DNA of 64,000 bases from Candidatus Cloacimonadales bacterium (GTDB lineage Bacteria > Cloacimonadota > Cloacimonadia > Cloacimonadales > JAIOQZ01): the NCBI GenBank assembly GCA_963674825.1, contig OY771587.1, positions 1,600,001 through 1,664,000 of the forward strand, given 5' to 3'. The notes under the pieces were generated by a model, which saw nothing but the letters and a program-made list of their open reading frames with translations, searched no databases and was not told the origin of the DNA. Shown one piece after another: positions 38,337-48,337 of the stretch. The stretch's first letter is position 1. Each line of letters begins with the position of its first letter. A program made the position numbers and the translations under genes.

Positions 38337-39056
38337 TCAGGATTCGATGTTCTCCGGTTTCCGGACAATGATGCGGCCGCAACTTTCGCAGCTGATAATT
38401 TTATTCTCGCGTTCGATCTCGATGACAAGCTGAGGGCGAAGCTGGAACCCGCACCCGCCGCAAGCGTTGTTTTCCATAAAGACGACTGCCTTGCGATCTT
38501 TCGCTTTGATCAATGACACATAGCGTCTGACCAATGTCCGCGGAAGATCCTGCGCAAGTACGCTTCTCTCATTCTTGCGTTCTTCGATCTCGGAGTCAAG
38601 TTCATTAATCCTTTTTTTCAGCCGGTCCTCGTTTTTAGCAAGTTCGGCTTTCGCTTTGTTCACTTCCTCTTCCGCTTCAGCAAGCTCTTCTTTGAGCTTG
38701 TTTTCAATTTCCATCAGCTCAAGAATCTCATCGTCAATCGCAGTATTCTTCTCTTTCAGGTGGTTGATCTCGCTGTTAAGGGCTTTGTATTCCTTGTTAT
38801 TCTTGATAGCCAACAATTGATCTTCATACTTGCCCATCGTCTTGATATTGGTCTGGATATCGACATCTTTCAGCTTCTGGGTTTTCCGGTTCTCGTTGAG
38901 TCGGTCTTTCGCTGCGGTGAGATCGTCTTCAGTATTTCTAACGCTCTCGAGCAGGCTCTTCAGCTCAGCCGGCAATAACTGTTTCAATATTTCCCTTTTG
39001 CCGATTTCGGTATCCAATGCTTGCATTTCCACTAAAATACGCAAATCGTCTTTCAT
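38337..39056 (-). CDS. coiled-coil protein with C4 zinc ribbon (DUF164/CT398-like)
   Basis: Long coiled coil, KEYKAL, CGGC...CESCGRI. Confidence 0.88.
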   Translation of the reverse strand: MKDDLRILVEMQALDTEIGKREILKQLLPAELKSLLESVRNTEDDLTAAKDRLNENRKTQKLKDVDIQTNIKTMGKYEDQLLAIKNNKEYKALNSEINHLKEKNTAIDDEILELMEIENKLKEELAEAEEEVNKAKAELAKNEDRLKKRINELDSEIEERKNERSVLAQDLPRTLVRRYVSLIKAKDRKAVVFMENNACGGCGFQLRPQLVIEIERENKIISCESCGRIIVRKPENIES

Positions 39057-39059
39057 GCG

Positions 39060-39881
39060 TCACTCCTTAAACAATAAACTGATATCCAGCGATGTATAGG
39101 AATGGGTGATCATCCCTGAAGAAATATAATCAACACCCGTCGCGGCGATCTTGTTCACCGTCTCAAGGCTGACATTCCCTGATGCCTCCAGCTCAACTTT
39201 ACCACCGTATTTCTTCACCGCTTTTTTCATGTCCGTCACACTCATGTTGTCCAGCATGATGCGGTCCACGCCGCACGCCGCCGCTTCGTCCAGTTCCTTT
39301 AGATTGGTAACCTCGACCTCGATTTTATAGGTCACCATCCGCTTTCTCACCCGCTCTACCGCGATCGTAATCGATCCAGCCGACCGGATATGATTTTCCT
39401 TCAGCATCACCATATCGAACAGCCCGAACCGGTGGTTGAAACCACCGCCGACGCGCACAGCGTATTTCTCGAGCTCACGCAGGAGAGGTGTGGTCTTGCG
39501 CGTATCCAGCAGTCTCGCCGGGTAGGGTTTGATCGCTTCCACCATCTTATGGGTAATAGTCGCGATTCCACTCATGCGTTGCAGCAGATTCAGCGCTACG
39601 CGTTCCGCTTGAAGAATCTTTGAGGCTCTGCCGCTCACGCGTGCAATCACGTCACTTTTCTTCAGGCAATCGCCATCCTTGTAGTAAGCAATACAGTTGC
39701 AATCTGGATCGAGCTGTTTGAACACGGAAAGCGCGACATCAAGCCCGGCAAGGACTCCCTCTTCCTTGGCAATCAACGACGCCTGAGCACTCTTGTGCCC
39801 GAAGTCAAGGCTCTCGGTAGTGATATCGCCATATCCGATATCCTCGCGAAGTGCCAGCTTTACGATCTCTTCGATGTTCAA
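39060..39881 (-). CDS. nadC: nicotinate-nucleotide pyrophosphorylase (carboxylating)
   Basis: ALREDIGYGDIT, LDTRKTTP, NHRFGLFD, LKENH, IMLDN, EASG; TTG start after GGGGAG. Confidence 0.95.
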   Translation of the reverse strand: MNIEEIVKLALREDIGYGDITTESLDFGHKSAQASLIAKEEGVLAGLDVALSVFKQLDPDCNCIAYYKDGDCLKKSDVIARVSGRASKILQAERVALNLLQRMSGIATITHKMVEAIKPYPARLLDTRKTTPLLRELEKYAVRVGGGFNHRFGLFDMVMLKENHIRSAGSITIAVERVRKRMVTYKIEVEVTNLKELDEAAACGVDRIMLDNMSVTDMKKAVKKYGGKVELEASGNVSLETVNKIAATGVDYISSGMITHSYTSLDISLLFKE

Positions 39882-40096
39882 TTTCTCCCCCGTAAAACAA
39901 AAAAAGCATTTGTCGATTGTATGACAAATGCTTGCTCTATATAAACTATCTGTTGACCATTCTTCAAATATCGCATGGGTTTCCATCTCCCTGTCTATCA
40001 GGAAATTTTTTTCCACGTATTTTGTCAATGAGATTCTTCATCCATTTACAATGAAACGAGCTCCGGCTCATGATTTAATCCTTTATGATAAATCCT

Positions 40097-40399
40097 TCAC
40101 ACAGACTGGTCTATTTCCATGATACGATCGAATCCCGCGATCTCGAACATCTTTCGCACTTCGGGGGTCGGATCCTGTATCCGCAACGACTGAACGTGAA
40201 GGTTTTTAGCTGTTTCCAGACAAATACGTAAAAACAGAGAAGAGATGTAATCCACTTCCGCGATATCGAAGACAACCTTGCCCTTAAAACCCAGCAGAAG
40301 CTCCTTGTACTCTGGCTGCCACTCGGAACAGGTTATAGTGTCCTGTCTGCCCTTGAATGTGCAGATCAGGCTGTCGTTTTCTAATCGGTTCTGAACCAT
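40097..40399 (-). CDS. STAS domain anti-sigma-factor antagonist
   Basis: VVFDIAEVDYISSLFLR, FEIAGF; GGAGG SD. Confidence 0.85.
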   Translation of the reverse strand: MVQNRLENDSLICTFKGRQDTITCSEWQPEYKELLLGFKGKVVFDIAEVDYISSLFLRICLETAKNLHVQSLRIQDPTPEVRKMFEIAGFDRIMEIDQSV

Positions 40400-40564
40400 T
40401 ACGGATCCTCCATTAACAAGATAACCGGAAAATAACGATCGCGCATCCAATGTAAAGAAAAAACGATCATGTAAGATGTATATCTATTGTCAGATGTACG
40501 TTGTGAACTTCCAGGCCAGAGGTCAATCCAACGAGGATTGAGAGATGATTGTTTTTGGGGAAAT

Positions 40565-40592
40565 AAAAAAAGGGCGGTTTATCGCCGCCCTT
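40565..40592 (-). terminator. intrinsic terminator
   Basis: Minus strand AAGGGCGG-CGATAAA-CCGCCC followed by T7. Confidence 0.75.
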
Positions 40593-40770
40593 TGGGGGGA
40601 ATTGCCTTAGTCCAGTGCGTTTGAACCGGGCAATCAATTGACCCTCCACGCGTCTACCCTATCCTCCCCGACTGTCATCGTCGGTGCCTTTGTGCGCGTT
40701 TTTTCCTTTATACATCCCCACATATAAGTTCTAATTCAATGCTTTCGTTTTTGCTTTGCAAAATCCGAAA

Positions 40771-42912
40771 TTACTTGAGAAGGATCATCTTGCGCGTCAG
40801 AGCTTGATCCTCTGTCTGCAAGCGGTAGAGGTACACTCCGCCTGAGACGTTTTTGCCGCTCTCGTCGGTGCCGTTCCAGGTAACGTTGTTCTGGCCTGCT
40901 TCACAGCGGCTGTTGACCAACGTCTTTACCTTCTGACCTCTGATGTTGTAAACGCTCAGCTCGACTACCCCCGGCTTCTCCAGGCTGTAGGAGATCGTCG
41001 TTTCCGGGTTGAACGGATTCGGATAGTTTTGTCCAAGCGTATTGGCGTAAGCCGGTGCGCCACCGTTTTCGTCGATGCCTTCGGAGTGGAACGTGACATC
41101 GAGCGACATATAGGAAATCGAACCACCGTCGTTAGCTCCACTGTCGTTAATGAAGGAGCCATACGAGTTATCGTTGAAGAACATAAGCCTTAGGAGGCCG
41201 TGCTTGTCGCCGCTGTTATCAGTGTAGAGATACTCGATCTCGTCGGCGGGATAGATATAGCTGATGTTCATGCCTTCAAACTGCTCGACATAATTTCCGT
41301 CATCAGCGTTACTGTTATAGTGCATGCGGATGGGATCGGACCATGTCGTTCCAGCGTCACTGGAGATAGCAATGCAGATCTCCGGCTTGCTCTGCCAGTC
41401 ATCGTAACCCTCAACACCATCTTCAAAGAATTTGCAAAAAAGCGCATCCTGCCAGACGACAGCCAGCCAGCCCTGTTCGTCATTCCGACAAATTTTCCAG
41501 TTGTTCTCATCCCAGCCCTTCTCAGGATCCCAATAGTAAAAGGGCCAGCCAAGTTCCATCAGAACATTACCCTCTTCGTCATACTCATCGACTGATCCAT
41601 CTTCGTCCAGATCCCATGGAACCATCGGCGTACCATCTTCGGGATGCGCTCCCTTTGGATAAAGGTCAGAGAAGAAGAATTCCCCTGAATTCAGATCGAA
41701 ACCGAAAACCTTGGCATACGTAAGGTTCATAAACCATGTGAACGTGTTATTTTCAGTATCTCGTCTCAGTGCCATGTTGGCCGGGAAAAGCACCCTACTG
41801 TCCTCAATAAGTGTCGAATTGAAGTTCGTGCACTTTGTAAAAGAGAAATAAAGGTCCTCATATGGTTCCCCGGTCGTTTCAGCGAATACCCATTCCCCAT
41901 TCTGGTCCTGTACGTTGTTCTGCGCGAATTTGTAGTTCTGGATGTATTCGGTGAATTCCCCTTCTCCAAAATTGTCATTTATATAGGCATAAATTTCCTG
42001 AGTTGAATTTGAATAGCCCACGAATCCGACAGTGCCGTCTTCCGTGGCAAAGAAGGTGTGGTTACCCTGGTTGAAATCAGGTTCGTCCACATCCCATGCG
42101 TCCATCTGCGAGACGGTGTTGTAGTCCCAGTCCAGATCTTCGATACTGGGGTTGGGATCGCTGGTGTCGTAATCAGTATAGGCTATGATCGGATTATGAG
42201 CCGCATAGCCGCTCTCGTGCACAGTGTAATTATTGGCAACAATATACAGCCGTCGGTAAGGAAGTCCCTCCGGTGAAGGTCCGATGTGTACATACGGCCA
42301 GTTGTATTCGTTATCGACGCGCGGAAACACGTCGAAGCACTCTTCGAGATCGTTATCGATGATGACTTCGGGAATCGCGAGCAAACCAGGGCTTCCGATC
42401 AGATGGAAGCTATCCATGGTTAGGAGAATTTCCTGCGCGCCATCGTTATCGATATCCGAATGCCATGCAATGAACGGATCCGCCATATCGGGATCGATTA
42501 CAACACTCGAATAGCCTTCGCGATAGTTTTCTTGGCTGCAATAAGTGATCTGGTCAAGTGCGTCGTTCATATCGAAATATGCTGAATATACACGGCGTTC
42601 CGCGGATGCTGTCTCTTCCGATTGGAAAGTCATATAGAGTCCATCCGCTGCTGTTCCGTTACTACACTGTACAGGTTGCACTCGAAACGGACTGCCGTTG
42701 TAGCTGCCGGGCATATAGTCATAGTAAGATGTCTGGATTGCGTAAGGCTCAGTAACAAAGGTCCACTCGGGAACGTCACGGCTGCCTGCCGTGCGCTTGA
42801 AGTGGTCGTAATTCACATATTCTGCATTGTCGGCGTATGTAACTTCATTTGAAATGAGCGTGGATATAAGCATCAGTGCAATCAGTGCGAAAATGATTCT
42901 TGTGCTGCTCAC
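40771..42912 (-). CDS. secreted acidic protein with FlgD-Ig/secretion C-terminal domain
   Basis: GTG start after GGGGG SD, signal peptide, BNR/Asp-box-like SSDAGTTWS, QNYPNPFNPET, YNIRGQKV, GVYLYRL, KMILLK. Confidence 0.82.
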   Translation of the reverse strand: MSSTRIIFALIALMLISTLISNEVTYADNAEYVNYDHFKRTAGSRDVPEWTFVTEPYAIQTSYYDYMPGSYNGSPFRVQPVQCSNGTAADGLYMTFQSEETASAERRVYSAYFDMNDALDQITYCSQENYREGYSSVVIDPDMADPFIAWHSDIDNDGAQEILLTMDSFHLIGSPGLLAIPEVIIDNDLEECFDVFPRVDNEYNWPYVHIGPSPEGLPYRRLYIVANNYTVHESGYAAHNPIIAYTDYDTSDPNPSIEDLDWDYNTVSQMDAWDVDEPDFNQGNHTFFATEDGTVGFVGYSNSTQEIYAYINDNFGEGEFTEYIQNYKFAQNNVQDQNGEWVFAETTGEPYEDLYFSFTKCTNFNSTLIEDSRVLFPANMALRRDTENNTFTWFMNLTYAKVFGFDLNSGEFFFSDLYPKGAHPEDGTPMVPWDLDEDGSVDEYDEEGNVLMELGWPFYYWDPEKGWDENNWKICRNDEQGWLAVVWQDALFCKFFEDGVEGYDDWQSKPEICIAISSDAGTTWSDPIRMHYNSNADDGNYVEQFEGMNISYIYPADEIEYLYTDNSGDKHGLLRLMFFNDNSYGSFINDSGANDGGSISYMSLDVTFHSEGIDENGGAPAYANTLGQNYPNPFNPETTISYSLEKPGVVELSVYNIRGQKVKTLVNSRCEAGQNNVTWNGTDESGKNVSGGVYLYRLQTEDQALTRKMILLK

Positions 42913-42925
42913 AATATCCCCCTTT

Positions 42926-43660
42926 TTATCGGTTTTCCGGTTTGGAACCGATAATGAATAGCCGTGCTGCTGAGCCAAGTCCTTTCTTGTAAAGACTTTT
43001 TTTAATTCGCTCCTTCTCAGCGCCCAGCTTTTCGTAGTCGGGGTGCTGCTTGATTCGGTCGTGATATGGATCAAGAATCGCGATCGTCTTCTCAACCGCC
43101 TCATCGGGAGCTTTCTGCTGAAAGTTAATATCGTAGAGCTTGATATTATCGAGCCCGAGGTCGTCTGCAAAACGCTCGAGGCGCTCACGCTTGTAGGTCA
43201 GGTGATGCGGGATCCCCATACGTTTGTCGATCCTGGCACACCAGTGATGCATGCGTACATGGTTCTTCTGAGCCTGAGTCTGGTCACCGTCACAATACAT
43301 TTCAGAGATGAAAAGAAGGCCACCGGGTTTGAGCACACGGATCATCTCGTCGATCACCTTCTTCGGCCGGTGCATGTGATGAACCGAATTGGAGATACAG
43401 GCAACGTCGAATTCGCCGTCGAAAAAATCCATCGCTTCAGCGTCCATCTGAATAACATCAACCGGGGCGTCCTGGAACTGCTGACTGCAGAAATCCACCG
43501 CACGCTTTTCGCTGTCGATGGCGACAAAGCGCTTGTATCCACCCAACGACGGCATCATCATCGCGATGAATTCGCCCCGCCCGGTGGCGACATCGAGTAT
43601 CTTGCCGGCTGATATGCCTTTAAGGCGCTCTTCCAGCTTCTCCATGTCCGTGGTTTTCAT
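42926..43660 (-). CDS. class I SAM-dependent methyltransferase
   Basis: ILDVATGRG, MDAEAMDF, EMIRVLKPGG. Confidence 0.88.
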   Translation of the reverse strand: MKTTDMEKLEERLKGISAGKILDVATGRGEFIAMMMPSLGGYKRFVAIDSEKRAVDFCSQQFQDAPVDVIQMDAEAMDFFDGEFDVACISNSVHHMHRPKKVIDEMIRVLKPGGLLFISEMYCDGDQTQAQKNHVRMHHWCARIDKRMGIPHHLTYKRERLERFADDLGLDNIKLYDINFQQKAPDEAVEKTIAILDPYHDRIKQHPDYEKLGAEKERIKKSLYKKGLGSAARLFIIGSKPENR

Positions 43661-43950
43661 TTGATTCTTCCTTTCTCTTGACAGATATGTACGCCCTGTC
43701 CCGTTATCGTACACATATTCACAGCAAACTTTCCGGAAGCTATCAGGATTTCCTGAGTTTCCAGGTGAATCTCATTGATATAGTTAATATTTGATTCCGA
43801 AGTTTCATTCGGAAATGACAGACTCTGGACTGAAAGCGGGTGCTGATTCAGAGACAAGAAAGAAGAAAAAGGGAGGAAATCGATAAACGGCAAGCTTTGT
43901 GGTCCCAGATATGTCTTGTTTTTTTTGATCGTAACGCTTGCTAATTTCAT
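43657..43950 (-). CDS. hypothetical 97-aa protein, first ORF of the sigma54 operon
   Basis: GGAGG SD before ATG 43950; its TGA overlaps the methyltransferase ATG (ATGA). Confidence 0.5.
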   Translation of the reverse strand: MKLASVTIKKNKTYLGPQSLPFIDFLPFSSFLSLNQHPLSVQSLSFPNETSESNINYINEIHLETQEILIASGKFAVNMCTITGQGVHICQEKGRIK

Positions 43951-43988
43951 CGTTTCCTCCGTTTCTTGTTCCGGCGATTTGTGTAAGT

Positions 43989-44004
43989 TGCACACCTCGT
44001 GCCA
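43989..44004 (-). promoter_or_regulatory. sigma54 (-24/-12) promoter
   Basis: TGGCACGAGGTGTGCA (GG-N10-GC), predicted start about 28 nt before ATG 43950. Confidence 0.75.
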
Positions 44005-44120
44005 CTGAATGAAGCTCATTTTTATCACATTTAATTGCAACACGTTAGTTATTCAGGTAGGGCCAAACCACTAAATTTCTTTTCAGACACCGTGCCAAAC
44101 ACCCTCAAAATTACCCCATT

Positions 44121-44542
44121 TTTCCCATATATAGGAAACCGTTATTCTCGTTTTGCCAATTTCCCGTTTTTTGCTTTGATCTCTTCATTGATTATATCGG
44201 CGTGAGTGACATAATACTCACGAGAATTATTGTTATAAAAGGATTTCAAGACAAACCACGCTATCAAACCGAACCGCTGTCAAATAATTACAGCCATATA
44301 ATCGACACTATGTCCCATATTTGGGAATCCTGTTTCGGCGTTATCCAACAGCTGGAGCGTGATAGTTGATTTACCTGATGTCGGAGCGAACTAACGATAC
44401 GCACTTAACAGATTCATTCATTGAAAGTGTCGGTCTAAAACTTTATTGATGGAGTAATCTCACAGATCGATTGATATGATTGGTGGACAGAGGTGATTCT
44501 TCTCAAAACCCATACATAGAGACCATGTCCCAAATATGGGAA
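44121..44542. promoter_or_regulatory. candidate enhancer (UAS) sites, consensus TGTCCCAWATWTGGGAA
   Basis: Copies at 44121-44137 (3 mismatches), 44311-44327 and 44526-44542; a fourth at 48402-48418 in reverse orientation. Confidence 0.6.
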
Positions 44543-44545
44543 TTT

Positions 44546-47500
44546 CTATTCGTCTTTCTTATTCGCCAGCAGTCGATAGAAGGTCGAGCGAGTCAGGCCG
44601 AGTTCGTCCTGAACTTTTTTTGCAGAGCCGAGACAGTCTTTTCGCCACTGCAGATATGCTGCCACCAGGTCATCGACCGAGCCTATCGTTTCAGGGTCGA
44701 TCTCGAATCCGTCCATGGTGTTGTCGATGCGATCGCGTCGTGGCATGAGCAGCACCTTATAGACGCGGTTTTCCAGTTCACGGATATTGCCGGACCAGTT
44801 TTCTTTTATCCATTGCGAAATCGTATCATCGGGAATGCCGGTAACGATGATATCAGGTTGGATCTCCATGAAATTGCGGGTGAAATGCCTTACCAGCAGG
44901 GGGATATCCTCGAGCCGTTCCCGAAGTGGCGGGACATTCACCTGGAACGCGGAGATACGGTAATAGAGGTCTTCCCGGAATTCGCCGGTTTTCACCGCCT
45001 GATAAAGATCTCGGTTAGTGGCAAAGAGAATTCGTGCATTTGAGCGATGCTCTTTCTTAGCACCGATGGGATAATAAGTCTTTTCCTGTAAAACGCGCAG
45101 CAGCTTGGTTTGCATATCGAGTGGAAGGTCGCCGATCTCGTCCAGGAAGAGGACGCCATCCTCTGCAAGCGCAATTTTACCGGCAAAATCCTTGATCGCG
45201 CCGGAAAAAGATCCCTTCATATGGCCGAATATCTCGCTCTCGAAGAGGTCTCGCGGGATGGTGCTGACATTGATGGATATCAGATCGCCCTTGTAGTTGC
45301 CTTCCTGGTAAACCGCCCGGGCGACCATCTCCTTTCCGGTACCGGTTTCGCCGGTGATCAGTACGGGGAAGGGGACATTTGCGAGGGTGACGATCTGCTT
45401 GTAAATCTCTTTCATCGACTGGCTTTTACCCACGATACCGTGGAAGCTTTCCTGCACTTCGATATCGCGCAGACGCTTCTGCATCTCTTTCTGATTGAGG
45501 TGTTCCAGGAAAACACCCAGGATGGAAGCGAGATTCTCAATGTAGCGGATATCTTCTTCGCTGAGGGAGTGATCGCGCTTCACCGAGTGCATGTATATTG
45601 TACCCAGCAGCTTTGCGCCAACAACCATCGGCACGCAGAGCGCGCGATAGATACGCAATTTCTGGATACTGTCGTTGCGGAATCTCGATGAAGAGTCGTA
45701 TTGAAGCGTGTGATAGGCATCCTGCGTGTATTGCAGCAGGATATTGTTGCTGTATTCGAGTGCACGGTAGCTCTCTTCATCTTCGTGAATGATATTGCGG
45801 AATGGCACGAATCGGCCACTCTCTTCGTTGTAGATAAACGGTATCACGCTGTCAAAACGATAGGTAAGCTGGAAAAAGCTGCCCAGCTCGCGCAGGAATT
45901 CGTCCAGGTGCGAAATACTGGAAAACTTTTCAATGATATCGTTGATATCGAGCCGGCTGATCTGCCTGCGACGCAATTCCCAGTCTTGCAGAAGAGTCTG
46001 GGCATCTGCCGAGCGCGATTTTAGCCCCATGTAGTTGAACGTCTCCAGCGCATTCTGCATGAAGTCGATAGCAAGCTCGGGATTCCCCATTCGCTCCAGG
46101 GCAAGGCCAGTCCAATAGTACGATTCTGCCCGTTCGTAACCGCTTTTTGATTCGATCTGGGTCGAATACCGGATCACTTCCTGATAGCGCTCTTCAAAGA
46201 ATAGATCGATGATCTTCTGGTAGGGCTTAGTGGCTACGAAGCGGCTTCCGTTCATCTCGAACCGCGCCGAGTAACGCTTGCGAACATCCTCCGGAGCAAA
46301 GCGGTAGATGAGATAGGCCGTGTTGTCGTCATCACGCTGGAAGTATGATGACAGCTCCCGGGCATTGTCGTCGATAAGCTTTTCCATCCAGGGCTCAAAG
46401 GTGAACTCATGATCGTAGAAGCTACAGATCAGAAACACCTGGATCATGTAGGCGGTTGCATAGCCGTGTGACTGCCGGATGCGTGCGATGATGCGTTCTC
46501 GACAAATATCGTAACGCTCCCGCAGCATATCGTGATAAACCTGCACCGAAGTGAAATGGGTCTGCATGACCATCGGCAGGTATTGGATGGAGATCTTCTC
46601 GTAGAAATTGAGGATGAGCTCGATATCTTTCACGCTGCGTTGCGCGGTATGGTAGAGGTAATAAAAAAGCAGACGACCAATCTGATACTCGGAGCCGATA
46701 AGCAGCGAGAGGACCAGAAGGTAGTCGAGATATTCGTCTGCGAGCTTGAGCCGGGACTTCGCCTTGGCGAGAGTATTGAGAAACTCCTCGGGATCGGTCT
46801 GGGCCGCGATATAGTTGGAAAGCGTTACAAACACCTTGCGATCGAACGCCTCGGGCGAGATGTAGCACAGGACATCGATGTAGTGATAGACCATGATCCG
46901 CGTCTCGGGATAAAGCTTTTCTTCGCGGCAATAATCATTGAGAGTACGGAGGTCTTTGCTACGGTAGATTTCGCGAACCTTCTCGATCTGGGTGAGCTTC
47001 GAGCGTGTTTCAACGCTCATTTTCTTCAAAATATCGGGTGTTACAGGGAACATATCCATTGGTACAATATCAGAAAGCACATTTGCCTGATAAAGATGGA
47101 CGCGAAGCTTGCCGATCTGGTCCGGCTGGAGATTGTCCTGAGCCGCATAGAGACGAAGAAGTCTCGCCGCCAGCGTGAAATTACGAGTTAAGAAGTATCG
47201 GTGCAGCACGATGAAATCATCCGCCGGCATCCTGCCGATATCTTCGAGCTGTTTGTTTCCCGCATAGCGCATGCGATTCAGCAGATCGTTTCCCAGCCTG
47301 ACATAGGTATCGAAATCCCATACTTCCATCGCTTCGCGGAGCTGTCTCGTCGCTTCCAGAATCGGTAGGCTCTCTTCTTCGGCCAGCTTTGGCTTTTCGG
47401 GAAGATGCACCTTACCGTTTTTCCAGCCCAGGCCGGATTCGGCGATGATCTTCTGCAGCGATATTTTGTGATTGGCATCCACCTTGAATTGCTCGATATT

Positions 47501-48337
47501 ACGCGTACGTCTGAAGGGATGGATCAGGCAATATCTGCGGTAAAGCTCGAAAGTCTCACGATAGCTGAACTGATCGGTGTAAAAGAGGTCCGAAAGCCGC
47601 TGGTGAAACTCGAGATAATTGTTGTATGGCTCATCGTAAGGCAGCGTTAGGATTTTATCGCACTCCGAGAAACGCGCGATCCATTCGTCGAGATCCTGCA
47701 CACGTTCCCATGGGTCGAGCGCGAGGAACTTATGTGCCAGCCTGAACAGCGGCGACGCCTGCGGAAGCTGGATCGTCTGGCCTTGCTCAATCTTCTCCTT
47801 GATCTCGTCGGCGCTGGAATAAAGAGAAGCGAAAATTAGCGCGATGGTGAAGAGATTGGAGCGCCATGACATTCTTCCCTTCATTTGTTCCGGCGCGGCC
47901 CACTGCGGCGTTATACGGCTCTCGTGCGGCGTCAGGTCGATGATGCCGATCACCAGGTCATCCTCTTCGCGGCGCACGCGGATGTGCTCCGGCTTCATGT
48001 CGCCGATGAAGGTATTGTGGTATTTCAGGTAACGCACGAAGTGAAAGAGCTTCTCCCACAGGATGGGGATATCCTCCGGATGCCGCTCCATGTGGATGTT
48101 GATAGGCAAGCCGTCGAAGTACTCGTACTCGAACCGGGCGCTGCGTTCGTCGAACCGGTATTTGACCAGCGGAACGAAGTAAGGATGGCTGTATTGCCGG
48201 AAGAAATCCACCTCCGCTTTGAGCTGCGAGCTGACAAGAACGCCCGGATTCGTGTAGTATTTCACGATCCGCTTGCCCTGCGAAGTCTTCTTCAGGTATA
48301 TTTCAACCATGTCTTTCTTCTTGAGATAGTATTTCAT
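44546..48337 (-). CDS. sigma54-dependent activator with N-terminal Ser/Thr (pseudo)kinase, helical/TPR-like region, GAF, AAA+ and Fis-type HTH
   Basis: GDMKPEH and WAAPEQ kinase motifs; RALCVPM GAF; GETGTGKE, ESEIFGHMKGSFSGA, FLDEIG, FREDLYYR, WSGNIREL; LGLTRSTFYR. Start may extend to 48355. Confidence 0.9.
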   Translation of the reverse strand: MKYYLKKKDMVEIYLKKTSQGKRIVKYYTNPGVLVSSQLKAEVDFFRQYSHPYFVPLVKYRFDERSARFEYEYFDGLPINIHMERHPEDIPILWEKLFHFVRYLKYHNTFIGDMKPEHIRVRREEDDLVIGIIDLTPHESRITPQWAAPEQMKGRMSWRSNLFTIALIFASLYSSADEIKEKIEQGQTIQLPQASPLFRLAHKFLALDPWERVQDLDEWIARFSECDKILTLPYDEPYNNYLEFHQRLSDLFYTDQFSYRETFELYRRYCLIHPFRRTRNIEQFKVDANHKISLQKIIAESGLGWKNGKVHLPEKPKLAEEESLPILEATRQLREAMEVWDFDTYVRLGNDLLNRMRYAGNKQLEDIGRMPADDFIVLHRYFLTRNFTLAARLLRLYAAQDNLQPDQIGKLRVHLYQANVLSDIVPMDMFPVTPDILKKMSVETRSKLTQIEKVREIYRSKDLRTLNDYCREEKLYPETRIMVYHYIDVLCYISPEAFDRKVFVTLSNYIAAQTDPEEFLNTLAKAKSRLKLADEYLDYLLVLSLLIGSEYQIGRLLFYYLYHTAQRSVKDIELILNFYEKISIQYLPMVMQTHFTSVQVYHDMLRERYDICRERIIARIRQSHGYATAYMIQVFLICSFYDHEFTFEPWMEKLIDDNARELSSYFQRDDDNTAYLIYRFAPEDVRKRYSARFEMNGSRFVATKPYQKIIDLFFEERYQEVIRYSTQIESKSGYERAESYYWTGLALERMGNPELAIDFMQNALETFNYMGLKSRSADAQTLLQDWELRRRQISRLDINDIIEKFSSISHLDEFLRELGSFFQLTYRFDSVIPFIYNEESGRFVPFRNIIHEDEESYRALEYSNNILLQYTQDAYHTLQYDSSSRFRNDSIQKLRIYRALCVPMVVGAKLLGTIYMHSVKRDHSLSEEDIRYIENLASILGVFLEHLNQKEMQKRLRDIEVQESFHGIVGKSQSMKEIYKQIVTLANVPFPVLITGETGTGKEMVARAVYQEGNYKGDLISINVSTIPRDLFESEIFGHMKGSFSGAIKDFAGKIALAEDGVLFLDEIGDLPLDMQTKLLRVLQEKTYYPIGAKKEHRSNARILFATNRDLYQAVKTGEFREDLYYRISAFQVNVPPLRERLEDIPLLVRHFTRNFMEIQPDIIVTGIPDDTISQWIKENWSGNIRELENRVYKVLLMPRRDRIDNTMDGFEIDPETIGSVDDLVAAYLQWRKDCLGSAKKVQDELGLTRSTFYRLLANKKDE

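Noticed and set aside
40590..40730. 6S RNA or SRP RNA
   Set aside because: No long rod with a central bubble could be built by eye and the SRP helix-8 motif is absent; kept only as an unclassified RNA candidate
39882..43188. Long N-terminal extensions in the ORF track for nadC (to 40028) and the secreted protein (to 43188)
   Set aside because: Better SD-linked starts at 39881 and 42912; the longer start overlaps the methyltransferase
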